Below, in pieces: positions 9,154 through 17,145 of a DNA stretch of 64,000 bases. Made by a program: the position numbers and the translations under genes. The stretch comes from a virus: positions 1 to 64,000 of the IMG/VR virus record IMGVR_UViG_3300003322_000730. The stretch is one strand, 5' to 3'. How positions within the stretch are numbered: the first letter of the stretch is position 1; each line of letters opens with the position of its first letter. The notes beneath the pieces were generated by a model. It searched no databases, had not been told where the DNA came from, and saw nothing but the letters and a program-made list of their open reading frames with translations.

Positions 9154-9325
9154 CCTCCCTATCCTTTAAAACCTGTGTATACTTATCCAAGTGATACCTT
9201 TTGAATCCCATCGTTTGCCGGACATTTTCGACGAACTCTTTCAAGACCGGCCGCTTGTCAAATCCGAATACAATTTTCAGATACTCATCCAAATGCTGAT
9301 CTTCCAACTCTTCGCGTGTTTTCAT
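9137..9325 (-). CDS. hypothetical protein, paralog of 8953-9153
   Basis: Shared motif as above. Confidence 0.65.
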   Translation of the reverse strand: MKTREELEDQHLDEYLKIVFGFDKRPVLKEFVENVRQTMGFKRYHLDKYTQVLKDREDGKTG

Positions 9326-9525
9326 CGGGTGATGGAGTTGAATTGTTCGACGAGTTCTTTGATTGGCTCTTTGGCGTAAGTGCCACTATAGGAATCCGCC
9401 TCATCGTACTTATTGAAAATACGCGTAGTGTTATCATCCATTTGCATGAAGCCTTCAACGAAATCTGTTCGCATAGCCAGCATCATTCCGTCGTCCGGGT
9501 TGGTGTAGAGTAGCATCTTGTTCAT
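9322..9525 (-). CDS. hypothetical protein
   Basis: ATGA-coupled ORF. Confidence 0.65.
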   Translation of the reverse strand: MNKMLLYTNPDDGMMLAMRTDFVEGFMQMDDNTTRIFNKYDEADSYSGTYAKEPIKELVEQFNSITR

Positions 9526-9713
9526 CCTCTCAACGGTACAAGTTCATAATGATCTTTCAACAACTTCTCACCCCAAATTGTCGATAAAGTCTCTATACTC
9601 ATCGAATCAGGGATTTTAAAAGGCTCTTCACATTTTTCAAGTACTACTGCGCCTTTGCGGTTTACCGGCTTCACCCACGGGTGTGGCCAGTGTTTTGAGC
9701 GGATTGATTTCAT
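9522..9713 (-). CDS. hypothetical protein
   Basis: ATGA-coupled ORF. Confidence 0.6.
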   Translation of the reverse strand: MKSIRSKHWPHPWVKPVNRKGAVVLEKCEEPFKIPDSMSIETLSTIWGEKLLKDHYELVPLRG

Positions 9714-9719
9714 TGTGGG

Positions 9720-10613
9720 TTATACGATTTTAATTTGCTCCGGGAAGACATTGTATTCTTTTGCGAAAACACGAGCCACCTCTGAAAAAGGAACTTCAAC
9801 AGCGGCCCCAAATTTAGCATGATTCTTCCATGCTGTAATTCTCCCTGGGTCAACATTAAATTCATGAGGACTCCCTTCGCACACCAGCGTCTCACCGAGC
9901 TTATTAACTCCCAAGAAAAATCTGTTGTACCGGTTTCCTGTTGGGGAGTCCCATACCTGCACCAATTCCCCGAATTCAGGAGTCCATTCTCTTTTGCAAT
10001 CCCTGTTAAGCATGTAGTTTTCTTCGTTTTGTGGATCAACCCCATGAATCAGGTCCTCATTGAGTTGCTCATCGGCGCCTGGCTTGATTTCTTTTCGTGC
10101 AAAATGCGCGATGATCTCTTCGACGGTTGCTTTTCGGAAGTTTTCCGGCAGTGTCCAGCCTCCTTTTTCTCCGCCACCCTTTACCCATTCATCTTCAATT
10201 TGAATACCGTTGGATTTTGAGACAGACTGAATCTTGTACAATTCTCCTTGTTTTACGTGTCCGGTTCCGTTAAGGGTTTTTAATGATACCCCGTATTCAC
10301 CGGGCCAGAATTCCGGACCAGCAGAACATGCTGCTAACGCCAAAAATAAATCAGGGTTGAAAGTTTCAAGACCAATGTATCTTGAATCCCATTCATGCCT
10401 GCCATTGTCATTCGGGTCATGCATGGATACGCAAGCTAGAGATGGATTGGCATCAAAAAATGTACAAATAACTGGGTAGGTAGAATAGTCAATTTCGTAC
10501 TTATCATACCATTTATAGCCCCATTCAAGCAACGCGCCTTTTAATGCTGCTTGCTGCAATTCACTTTCGCAATTCATCCATACTGGTTGCGTAAACACTC
10601 TTTTATCACTCAT
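9720..10613 (-). CDS. hypothetical multi-domain protein
   Basis: 297 aa; FNPDLFLALAA and FRKATVEEII motifs recalled from Bacteroidota phage proteins. Confidence 0.8.
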   Translation of the reverse strand: MSDKRVFTQPVWMNCESELQQAALKGALLEWGYKWYDKYEIDYSTYPVICTFFDANPSLACVSMHDPNDNGRHEWDSRYIGLETFNPDLFLALAACSAGPEFWPGEYGVSLKTLNGTGHVKQGELYKIQSVSKSNGIQIEDEWVKGGGEKGGWTLPENFRKATVEEIIAHFARKEIKPGADEQLNEDLIHGVDPQNEENYMLNRDCKREWTPEFGELVQVWDSPTGNRYNRFFLGVNKLGETLVCEGSPHEFNVDPGRITAWKNHAKFGAAVEVPFSEVARVFAKEYNVFPEQIKIV

Positions 10614-10752
10614 TTTGTAGCATGTATTAAATCCAAAGAATCAACATCAATTACTTTCTCATCAGCCCGGTGAAGGTCTGCGTAGGAGACAACGGCCGCA
10701 TACAGCACGGCGACAATCAGCAGCACAATTAGCCGCTGGCGTTGGGAGGTGG

Positions 10753-11037
10753 TTAGAACGGGCATAGTCCAGGAGGTTTGCTTTTTGAACTGATAGAATA
10801 CTTACCGATGTGTATCCATTCCAGACTTGGATTTTCTGCCATCCATTCACAAATTTTCAAATACGCGTAGATCGGTGTAACATCCCACGACAAAGTGATA
10901 TCAACACCACCGAACCTAAAAGAAATATCCCTCTGTGCCGACTTTGCGACATTCAAAGCCTCTTCTACGAGGTACTCCAGTTCTGCGCCGTCAACTTCCT
11001 CTTCGTCTCCCATAAGGGTAAAAATTGGCTTACTCAT
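10753..11037 (-). CDS. hypothetical protein
   Basis: Coupled leftward ORF. Confidence 0.65.
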   Translation of the reverse strand: MSKPIFTLMGDEEEVDGAELEYLVEEALNVAKSAQRDISFRFGGVDITLSWDVTPIYAYLKICEWMAENPSLEWIHIGKYSISSKSKPPGLCPF

Positions 11038-11627
11038 AATGTTTCTTCTTTTTCTGCCCGGAGGCGCCTTACAATTTCATCGTATGCGTCAAAGATCGCC
11101 AGTAGCCAGAACGGCGTAGCGTAGACAAGAACCAAGTCCTCATAATCCATAAATACAGGGTGATACCTTGCGAACTCGATGTATTCATGTTCATCATCCA
11201 CATATTCGAGGCATTCAGAGTAATATTCTCTCGCTTTGTCAATTTTATCTTGCTGATCTCCGTAGATATCTTCCAGTTCTTCGATCTTCTCATTTAAAGC
11301 TTCTCGCATCTTCTCCGCATCCCATTCTTTAGTGCTTTGGGTAGAGACTGTCCGTATCTTTTCTTTCCAATACCCATCAGAAACAAAATCAGATTCAGCA
11401 GAAGGCACAAACGAGCGGCAGAATATCCAGTTTCCATAATCACCGGTAACCGCAAGAATGCCATGCGTATTGATGAATTTTACGCTCTGCATGATTGTGT
11501 CCGGCCTTTTGAAGTAATGGACAATCTGATCTGCTTCGGGGTGGTCTTGGATAATAATTTCGTGCTTTGACCAGTCTATGCTGGTACGTTTTTCAGGGGT
11601 GTATGCCAAATTCTTCTGATTACTCAT
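11034..11627 (-). CDS. conserved phage hypothetical protein (acidic C-terminus)
   Basis: GILAVTGDYGNWIF motif. Confidence 0.75.
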   Translation of the reverse strand: MSNQKNLAYTPEKRTSIDWSKHEIIIQDHPEADQIVHYFKRPDTIMQSVKFINTHGILAVTGDYGNWIFCRSFVPSAESDFVSDGYWKEKIRTVSTQSTKEWDAEKMREALNEKIEELEDIYGDQQDKIDKAREYYSECLEYVDDEHEYIEFARYHPVFMDYEDLVLVYATPFWLLAIFDAYDEIVRRLRAEKEETL

Positions 11628-11925
11628 ATCGTTCTCCAGTTGTCTTAAACAAATAATACGGTTCGACCCTTACGCAAAAACAAGCTGCTCCCAAGTCATC
11701 AGGAATACCCATTACCAGCATCCCGCAAGAATGCCAGTCCATGATCAGGTCTATGTCTTGATCGCCATTCAAAAAGGCCGCTGCAACATCTTCCAGGTTC
11801 AGGGAGGCGTCTACTTCGAAGCATGTTGTAATTGCTGGATCCCAGTGTACGTAATTGGCTATGGCGGCAGTACTGGTTAAATCTGCCATCCATGCCACAT
11901 CAGCGCCGGTTAGTTTCTTTGTCAT
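11620..11925 (-). CDS. hypothetical protein
   Basis: Start re-called at ATG 11925 (MTKKLTG). Confidence 0.6.
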   Translation of the reverse strand: MTKKLTGADVAWMADLTSTAAIANYVHWDPAITTCFEVDASLNLEDVAAAFLNGDQDIDLIMDWHSCGMLVMGIPDDLGAACFCVRVEPYYLFKTTGERYE

Positions 11926-12415
11926 ATAGTTTATTAATTGAATCCACATTCGCCCTATACTGATCAACCACGGCATCAATTTGATGCTCCCGTAGCTTCT
12001 CTTCATTTACAAAGATTTTCCTCCCGAAGTAAACTACATACTCTTCGCAGTAGCCCTTTTTCACATTGCGATAAAACCTGATAGGCCATTCTTTGCAGTC
12101 CCATTTAAACCCGGAACAATCAGCGACAATATAATCGGACTCGCCGGTTTTCAGATCAATCGTTGCTACCGGTTCGCGGTAATCTCCATAAAGCGTCAAA
12201 ACATTCAAACTTCTGCGTGCTGCGGTAATTTCAGGCGCATCGATCGGAGGGCAACAATACAGCGAATCCGGGTTATATTCGGTGAACGCAGGATGTGTTT
12301 TTGTGCATGACACAAGCGAAAGAATACCGAAAACAATCAACACCCAAACAATCACGCAATCGATCCACGGCGCGACAACATACCAGTCAATACCGGTTCT
12401 TTGATTTGCTTTCAT
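11900..12415 (-). CDS. putative lipoprotein or membrane protein
   Basis: Hydrophobic leader ending in lipobox-like LVSC. Confidence 0.65.
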   Translation of the reverse strand: MKANQRTGIDWYVVAPWIDCVIVWVLIVFGILSLVSCTKTHPAFTEYNPDSLYCCPPIDAPEITAARRSLNVLTLYGDYREPVATIDLKTGESDYIVADCSGFKWDCKEWPIRFYRNVKKGYCEEYVVYFGRKIFVNEEKLREHQIDAVVDQYRANVDSINKLYDKETNRR

Positions 12416-12491
12416 AGCGAAGAAACAAAAAGTAAAATAACCAATACCATAACCAGCAGCACTTGGGTCGCTTCTTTTGTGAGTTTATCCA

Positions 12492-12932
12492 TCATAAACC
12501 AGCAGCTTTGAGTTTGTTGCAATATTCTTGAACGGCGGGGAGTTGTTCGCGCCAGTCCCTCGAATGAAGTGAAAATTCTGGATATCGCAATTCGTCACTT
12601 ATAAACCTATCGTAATACTCGGAAAGTCCTTTCGTGTCTCCTGCTCGTAGGTCATCTATGGCGAACTCAAAATCTATCACATCTTTGAGGTCAAAACCTA
12701 AAAATTCGGCCTCTTCTCTTGCCATGCCGATAACATCCGCAGGCAAATCCTTACCTGCAATCTTCTGAACCGCACAAGTAGCCGCGCATCCATAGCAAAT
12801 TCCGTCCATAGAAGATCCGAAAGTATCCATATCGACCTTAAACCCTTTCCGCGCATCTTGCTCTAAAAGCCCGTCAATCATTGCCTGTACGGCATCGGAA
12901 GGCTTTGGTACAATATCTTTTATCAGTCGCAT
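12492..12932 (-). CDS. hypothetical protein with CxxCxxxC
   Basis: ICYGCAATC motif. Confidence 0.7.
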   Translation of the reverse strand: MRLIKDIVPKPSDAVQAMIDGLLEQDARKGFKVDMDTFGSSMDGICYGCAATCAVQKIAGKDLPADVIGMAREEAEFLGFDLKDVIDFEFAIDDLRAGDTKGLSEYYDRFISDELRYPEFSLHSRDWREQLPAVQEYCNKLKAAGL

Positions 12933-12950
12933 GTTTAAAGTGGTTTGTGG

Positions 12951-13139
12951 TTAAGATTTGGGCGGGAAGTTGGCTTTAAACCAGTGATCAATCAAGTTCG
13001 CCACTCCGAAGCCACTCAGTAAATAAATTAGTGAAATATACTCGGGAGGTACGTTCAATTGCTGGATAGCAGCGGAAACAATAAAGCTTGCCGGAATGCT
13101 GCAAATTATCACATTGAAAATTCGCTCTATCGTGCTCAT
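12951..13139 (-). CDS. small two-helix membrane protein
   Basis: Two hydrophobic segments. Confidence 0.6.
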   Translation of the reverse strand: MSTIERIFNVIICSIPASFIVSAAIQQLNVPPEYISLIYLLSGFGVANLIDHWFKANFPPKS

Positions 13140-13302
13140 AGCTTCGCTTCAAAAAAGAATCCTGAAATTGATTTACCTGTGTGCTCTGCATGTAGATACG
13201 CAACACCCAGTATTGCGGCCAAAGAAAACACCCTTACCGGCACATCTTCGGTTTCTCCGTTGTGGTAGTGGATTGTTAGCATGACTCAAAAAGTTTAGAA
13301 GT

Positions 13303-13393
13303 TGGTCACCAGAGAAAGAGTCGAACTTTCAATATCTATGCGTCCATAGAAACCGGATACTCTCCGGCGGGTCTACCATTCCCCTATCTGGTG
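13303..13393 (-). tRNA. tRNA-Leu-like (type II) RNA with a 5-nt anticodon loop; probably non-decoding
   Basis: Perfect 7-bp acceptor CACCAGA/TCTGGTG plus ACCA; D-arm GGG-GAATGGTAGA-CCC; stem CCGGA-GAGTA-TCCGG; variable arm TCTATG-GACG-CATAGA; T-arm GAAAG-TTCGACT-CTTTC. Confidence 0.85.
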
Positions 13394-13400
13394 TTACAAG

Positions 13401-13442
13401 AAAGCCCGCTCCGCGTGTTGAGGCATCAAAAGAGCAGGCTTT
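13401..13442 (-). promoter_or_regulatory. AAAGCC...GGCTTT hairpin immediately 5' of the tRNA-like RNA
   Basis: Minus strand AAAGCCTGCTC-N20-GAGCGGGCTTT. Confidence 0.55.
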
Positions 13443-13898
13443 CCAAAATATTTAGTACCTAAAAGATTGTATTAAAATCGCTTGACTATTTCATGATTTC
13501 TATCGGTTTGTTTCTCCCTGCCGGATTTTCCGGACTTTCAAAAGGGTTTGTTTCTGCATAGCGCCGGGCATCATCCGGCATGTTTCCCAAAATTTACATT
13601 CGGCAACGTGTCTAATCATTACCGTAAACGGCCGTTTTTCTTCCCCTGCGACCACCACGACCAGGACACAGGCATACACACGGAAGATTTACTTTTATCG
13701 CTTTGGAAGTTGCTTAAAAAGCCAATACGATAAACCCGGTTTGTTTCTTAGCCACCGACCAACAAACCAGGCGAAAAAGGAAGGCCAGACAAAGACCGGT
13801 TTTAACTCCCCCACCGATAAGGATTTACATTGTCTTCACTACATCCAAGAATACACACCCAAACATTCTAAGGTGAATAGATGGGTTATGTAAGGTTT

Positions 13899-14114
13899 TT
13901 ACGGGACTTGTCTGGCAACCTCAAGTGTAGGCTGATTGATAAGATGACCGTTTTCCCATATCTGAATCGTAATCAATGGCGATTGATGGGATAATTCCTT
14001 TTCTCGCTGTTCACCCGCTGATTTCGCAGCCGCCCAGCTATTGCCAGCATAAGCGATAAGCCCCGCCATGCTGCCGGCAAGATCGTATTCAACGATTGTA
14101 ACGTAAGTGTTCAT
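13899..14114 (-). CDS. hypothetical protein
   Basis: Leftward ORF. Confidence 0.6.
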   Translation of the reverse strand: MNTYVTIVEYDLAGSMAGLIAYAGNSWAAAKSAGEQREKELSHQSPLITIQIWENGHLINQPTLEVARQVP

Positions 14115-14128
14115 AATGGATCAGTGGG

Positions 14129-14533
14129 TTAAACGCGGACCTTCATAACAACCTGAATGAAGTCAACCAGGCATTTCCAAACAGCATCAATTTTTGTAAT
14201 CCCTTCGCGGGAAAAGATGTGCCCCCATTCGCCTGTGTGCTTTTGCCCCTGAATTTCACAGTATCCATCTTTGATCAAAACAGAGTATGAGTCATCCTCG
14301 ATTTTTTGAACCGCTAACATGAGCCAATCCCATGATTCGTAAAACCTAAGACCGCATATTGGAATATGTATTCCCACAGTCATTCCTAATTTCTGCTGAA
14401 TGCCTGAAACTTCCATACCGGTCCACGCGCCGTAGTGTGGATATCCATTAGGGTTGTATGGATTGGCTATTCTTCCTCCCATGAATTTAGCAATCACACA
14501 ATTGCCGTATTCAATTTCCGTAAGTTCTTCCAT
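14129..14533 (-). CDS. phage hypothetical protein
   Basis: N..IAKFMG...FYESWDWLMLAVQKIE motif; start re-called at 14533. Confidence 0.75.
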   Translation of the reverse strand: MEELTEIEYGNCVIAKFMGGRIANPYNPNGYPHYGAWTGMEVSGIQQKLGMTVGIHIPICGLRFYESWDWLMLAVQKIEDDSYSVLIKDGYCEIQGQKHTGEWGHIFSREGITKIDAVWKCLVDFIQVVMKVRV

Positions 14534-14655
14534 TGATTTACCGGCGTTTAACAACAAACTGTTTATCAAAGGACTTTTGAGCAAGCCACGCAGCCCCAAA
14601 GAAGAGGGCCCAAAAGATCAGAGTAGCATAGAGTAGTTCCATGAGTGAAAGAAGT

Positions 14656-14886
14656 TTAAGTAGTCATATATTTTTTGAGCTTTGCGGAGACAAAATACCG
14701 AGTCTCTTCCTGATTCCGATCTATCGGCAACGGGCTCCCGTCGAGCGCAACAACGGCGTGTGAAGAAATCTTAGCCCCAGTAACGGCATTGAAGGCTTGG
14801 CGGGATTCAACACAAGATATTTTATCAAAATGCTTTGAAACCAACTCTTGTAGTTGGTCTTTGGTTACTTCTACAAGTGCTGCCAT
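14656..14886 (-). CDS. hypothetical protein
   Basis: Start re-called at ATG 14886 (MAALVEV). Confidence 0.6.
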   Translation of the reverse strand: MAALVEVTKDQLQELVSKHFDKISCVESRQAFNAVTGAKISSHAVVALDGSPLPIDRNQEETRYFVSAKLKKYMTT

Positions 14887-15084
14887 GAGTGAAAAGGGGG
14901 TTGAATGTGAGTGGTTAGATTTCGGTTGCCTGCCCAAACATTTGTTCGGCAATAGTCCAAGAAATACAAAAATGTTTTAACGTAAAATTTCGCGTATAAG
15001 CCACGATCTCTTCGCGGCCTTAGTGATTGTGCCGGACAATACAGAAAGCCCGGCGTGGCTTGGATTTGGCGGGGAGAAGTCGAT

Positions 15085-15651
15085 TTAAGATAGTTGCGGA
15101 ATATTCACAATGTCCCATTCTATCATGTCTTCTACATCGTCGATGAAAATTTCGGCAGAAGAGAAAACCTCCGATACCTTGCGTTCGATACGTGAAATAC
15201 CCCAGTCGTCGAATAGATCGTTTCTCAATGCTTGTGCAAGAAAGTACCCCTTCAAAAGCGAAAGATCGTTAGAGATACGTATGGACGTGATTTCTTCCGG
15301 CAGGATGTTCCGGTATACACAAGATGCATGACCCATATTTTCATGGCTATCATCCATGCATACTTCGCTTTCGTCGATTGACACTTCAACAACAACCAGC
15401 CGGCAGTCTTTTGATGTTGCTGCGGCAAATTTAGCGGATTCGGATGCAAACCTGAAACCAATTTGTAAAACCTCATCCTGATTCAATTCGTCATCTTCGC
15501 GGCATTCGTATTCGACCAGTTTTTCGGAATCCCAAAGGTAAACAGCATCCCGTGAGCAGGACCAAACTTTAGTATCATCGCAGACTAATCCGTTTTCGAG
15601 AATGAAAGGAAGGTTATCGGCGCATGTTCCGTGGAAATATGTCTTTTTCAT
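15085..15651 (-). CDS. ADP-ribosyltransferase-fold protein (Tpt1/KptA C-domain or ARTD-like)
   Basis: YFHGT...ILENGL...AVYL...VVEV...NILPEEI pattern. Confidence 0.6.
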   Translation of the reverse strand: MKKTYFHGTCADNLPFILENGLVCDDTKVWSCSRDAVYLWDSEKLVEYECREDDELNQDEVLQIGFRFASESAKFAAATSKDCRLVVVEVSIDESEVCMDDSHENMGHASCVYRNILPEEITSIRISNDLSLLKGYFLAQALRNDLFDDWGISRIERKVSEVFSSAEIFIDDVEDMIEWDIVNIPQLS

Positions 15652-15688
15652 GATAATGAGTAGTTAATGGTTAATCAATGTTTTTCGT

Positions 15689-15740
15689 GAGCTTTGCCGG
15701 ATTCGATCCGTACTACCGGTAAAACCGTAGTGCAAAGCCC
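15689..15740 (-). ncRNA. minimal tRNA-like RNA (acceptor-like stem plus T-loop)
   Basis: 9-bp GGGCTTTGC/GCAAAGCTC, side hairpin ACTAC/GTAGT, T-arm CGG-ATCGAAT-CCG, 3' ACGA. Confidence 0.65.
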
Positions 15741-15753
15741 TGGTAAATGGCTG

Positions 15754-15924
15754 TTATGCGAGGTCAGGGTTTATTAAGGTGCCTTGTTCGGAATAGATAT
15801 CGTCCCCTTCATCTTCCAAGTAATCAATAGCCTCTTCATACGAGCACCCTACACATTCCATGTATTCATGTGCGGCTTTATCTTTGGCTTGTTCGGCAAG
15901 TTCTGTGAATTTGTAGCGTTTCAT
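15754..15924 (-). CDS. small acidic protein (56 aa, below ORF-track cutoff)
   Basis: MKRYKFTELAEQAKDKAAHEYMECVGCSYEEAIDYLEDEGDDIYSEQGTLINPDLA; A-rich leader. Confidence 0.7.
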   Translation of the reverse strand: MKRYKFTELAEQAKDKAAHEYMECVGCSYEEAIDYLEDEGDDIYSEQGTLINPDLA

Positions 15925-16038
15925 GTTGGTTTATGGGTTTATGGTTATTATATTTGCGTCACTCATTCTGCCACGATAGGAGAAAGGAGTTTCAAAGCCC
16001 GATGCATCAAGACATGTACCGGGCTTTGCGGTTTTAGA

Positions 16039-16092
16039 AACTGTTTCAACCTTTCGGCCATCATCAGATAGGGCACACACCCTATTACAGTT
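16039..16092 (-). ncRNA. type III hammerhead ribozyme
   Basis: Minus strand AACTG-TA^ATAGGG-TGTGTG-CCCTAT-CTGATGA-T-GGCC-GAAA-GGTT-GAAA-CAGTT: full CUGAUGA/GAAA/UH core and three stems; predicted cut between 16086 and 16085. Confidence 0.9.
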
Positions 16093-16250
16093 CGCGTAAT
16101 GTTGCTATGAAACACACAGGCCGGAGAATAACCGTAGCCTATCGTTGCCTTACGCGGGTGTCCCTCACCTAGCGGCCAGCGGGATTCCGGTACCGCTGAT
16201 TATCCGTCTTACTCTGTAAAGCCGAGTGATAAAGCTATCAAAGACGTGGC
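16093..16250 (-). ncRNA. structured intergenic RNA 5' of the hammerhead
   Basis: Three-way junction CGTCTT/AAGACG with TGATA/TATCA; hairpin CAGCGG/CCGCTG; long stem CGCGTAA/TTACGCG. Confidence 0.55.
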
Positions 16251-16469
16251 TTACTCTACTTTTTGCGACATTGCGATTGTAGTTGCAATATGCTCAACTG
16301 TCAACGTTTGTCCCATGAATTGGTGAGTGGCAAGATAAGTGATCTTAACAACCTCACCCTGGCTATTGGTAGTGGTCAGAATATCCACGATAGTTTCAAC
16401 ATCCCTGCGGATCTTTTTGCCGCGCGTCTGAATGAACTGATAGCCGATAGGGAATTGAGGTGTTTTCAT
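16251..16469 (-). CDS. hypothetical protein
   Basis: Start re-called at ATG 16469 (MKTPQFPIG). Confidence 0.7.
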   Translation of the reverse strand: MKTPQFPIGYQFIQTRGKKIRRDVETIVDILTTTNSQGEVVKITYLATHQFMGQTLTVEHIATTIAMSQKVE

Positions 16470-16587
16470 AATTGAAAGTAGAGTTAAGTACTTGATTCTC
16501 AAAAAGCTGATACGTTGCTGCATATGTGCGGTGCGCTCTCTGTATCACTGCCGGATCTTTTCATTTCCGTTTGTCTTTCTGATGATG

Positions 16588-16629
16588 TAAAGATAGGCAA
16601 AAACTTTAATATACAAAAACTTTTACCTA
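16588..16629 (-). promoter_or_regulatory. early promoter with overlapping inverted repeat
   Basis: TTTG-N18-TATCTTTA; homologous to the promoter at 18012-18054. Confidence 0.7.
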
Positions 16630-16659
16630 ATGTTTTTGATTTATTTTTTCGGGGATGGG

Positions 16660-17082
16660 TTAGAGGCAATAAACCGACCTCACGGCGTTGTATTGCTTAA
16701 TATTCGGGATAATATCGCGTATATCAACATCCCATTTAAAGGGGCCTAACTTATCGCTTATATCCTGAGCAAGCCTCTTTGCGCTTTTGTGGTATCCATG
16801 CTTTACCGGTATATCCGTGGCCTCGTGTAGCAGATAAAATTTATAATCACCATCCTGTCTTTTAGAGCAATACAGAGCAAGCCCAGGGATATTTACCTCT
16901 ATCTTTTGAAACGGTCTGTCGTATAGTTGAAACCAAGCGTTTGCTTGCTGCATATACGCCGCCCAAATATCGAATTCTTGCTTACACTCGGTCATTGCCA
17001 CAAACATAAAGCTAGTTTCCAGGTCAGTAACAAACGCGGTTTCTGGCATTGCGTAGAAAGATGGATTTGGTTTAGTAGACAT
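16660..17082 (-). CDS. hypothetical protein
   Basis: 140-aa leftward ORF. Confidence 0.7.
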   Translation of the reverse strand: MSTKPNPSFYAMPETAFVTDLETSFMFVAMTECKQEFDIWAAYMQQANAWFQLYDRPFQKIEVNIPGLALYCSKRQDGDYKFYLLHEATDIPVKHGYHKSAKRLAQDISDKLGPFKWDVDIRDIIPNIKQYNAVRSVYCL

Positions 17083-17145
17083 GATTGAAAAGCATTTAAG
17101 AGGTTGAAAGTGATTTTGTTTGCTACCAAGGGCGCAAAGTCTAGG

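Noticed and set aside
16579-16585. Second hammerhead core (CTGATGA on the plus strand)
   Set aside because: No stem II, GAAA or flanking helices; it lies just beside the early promoter.
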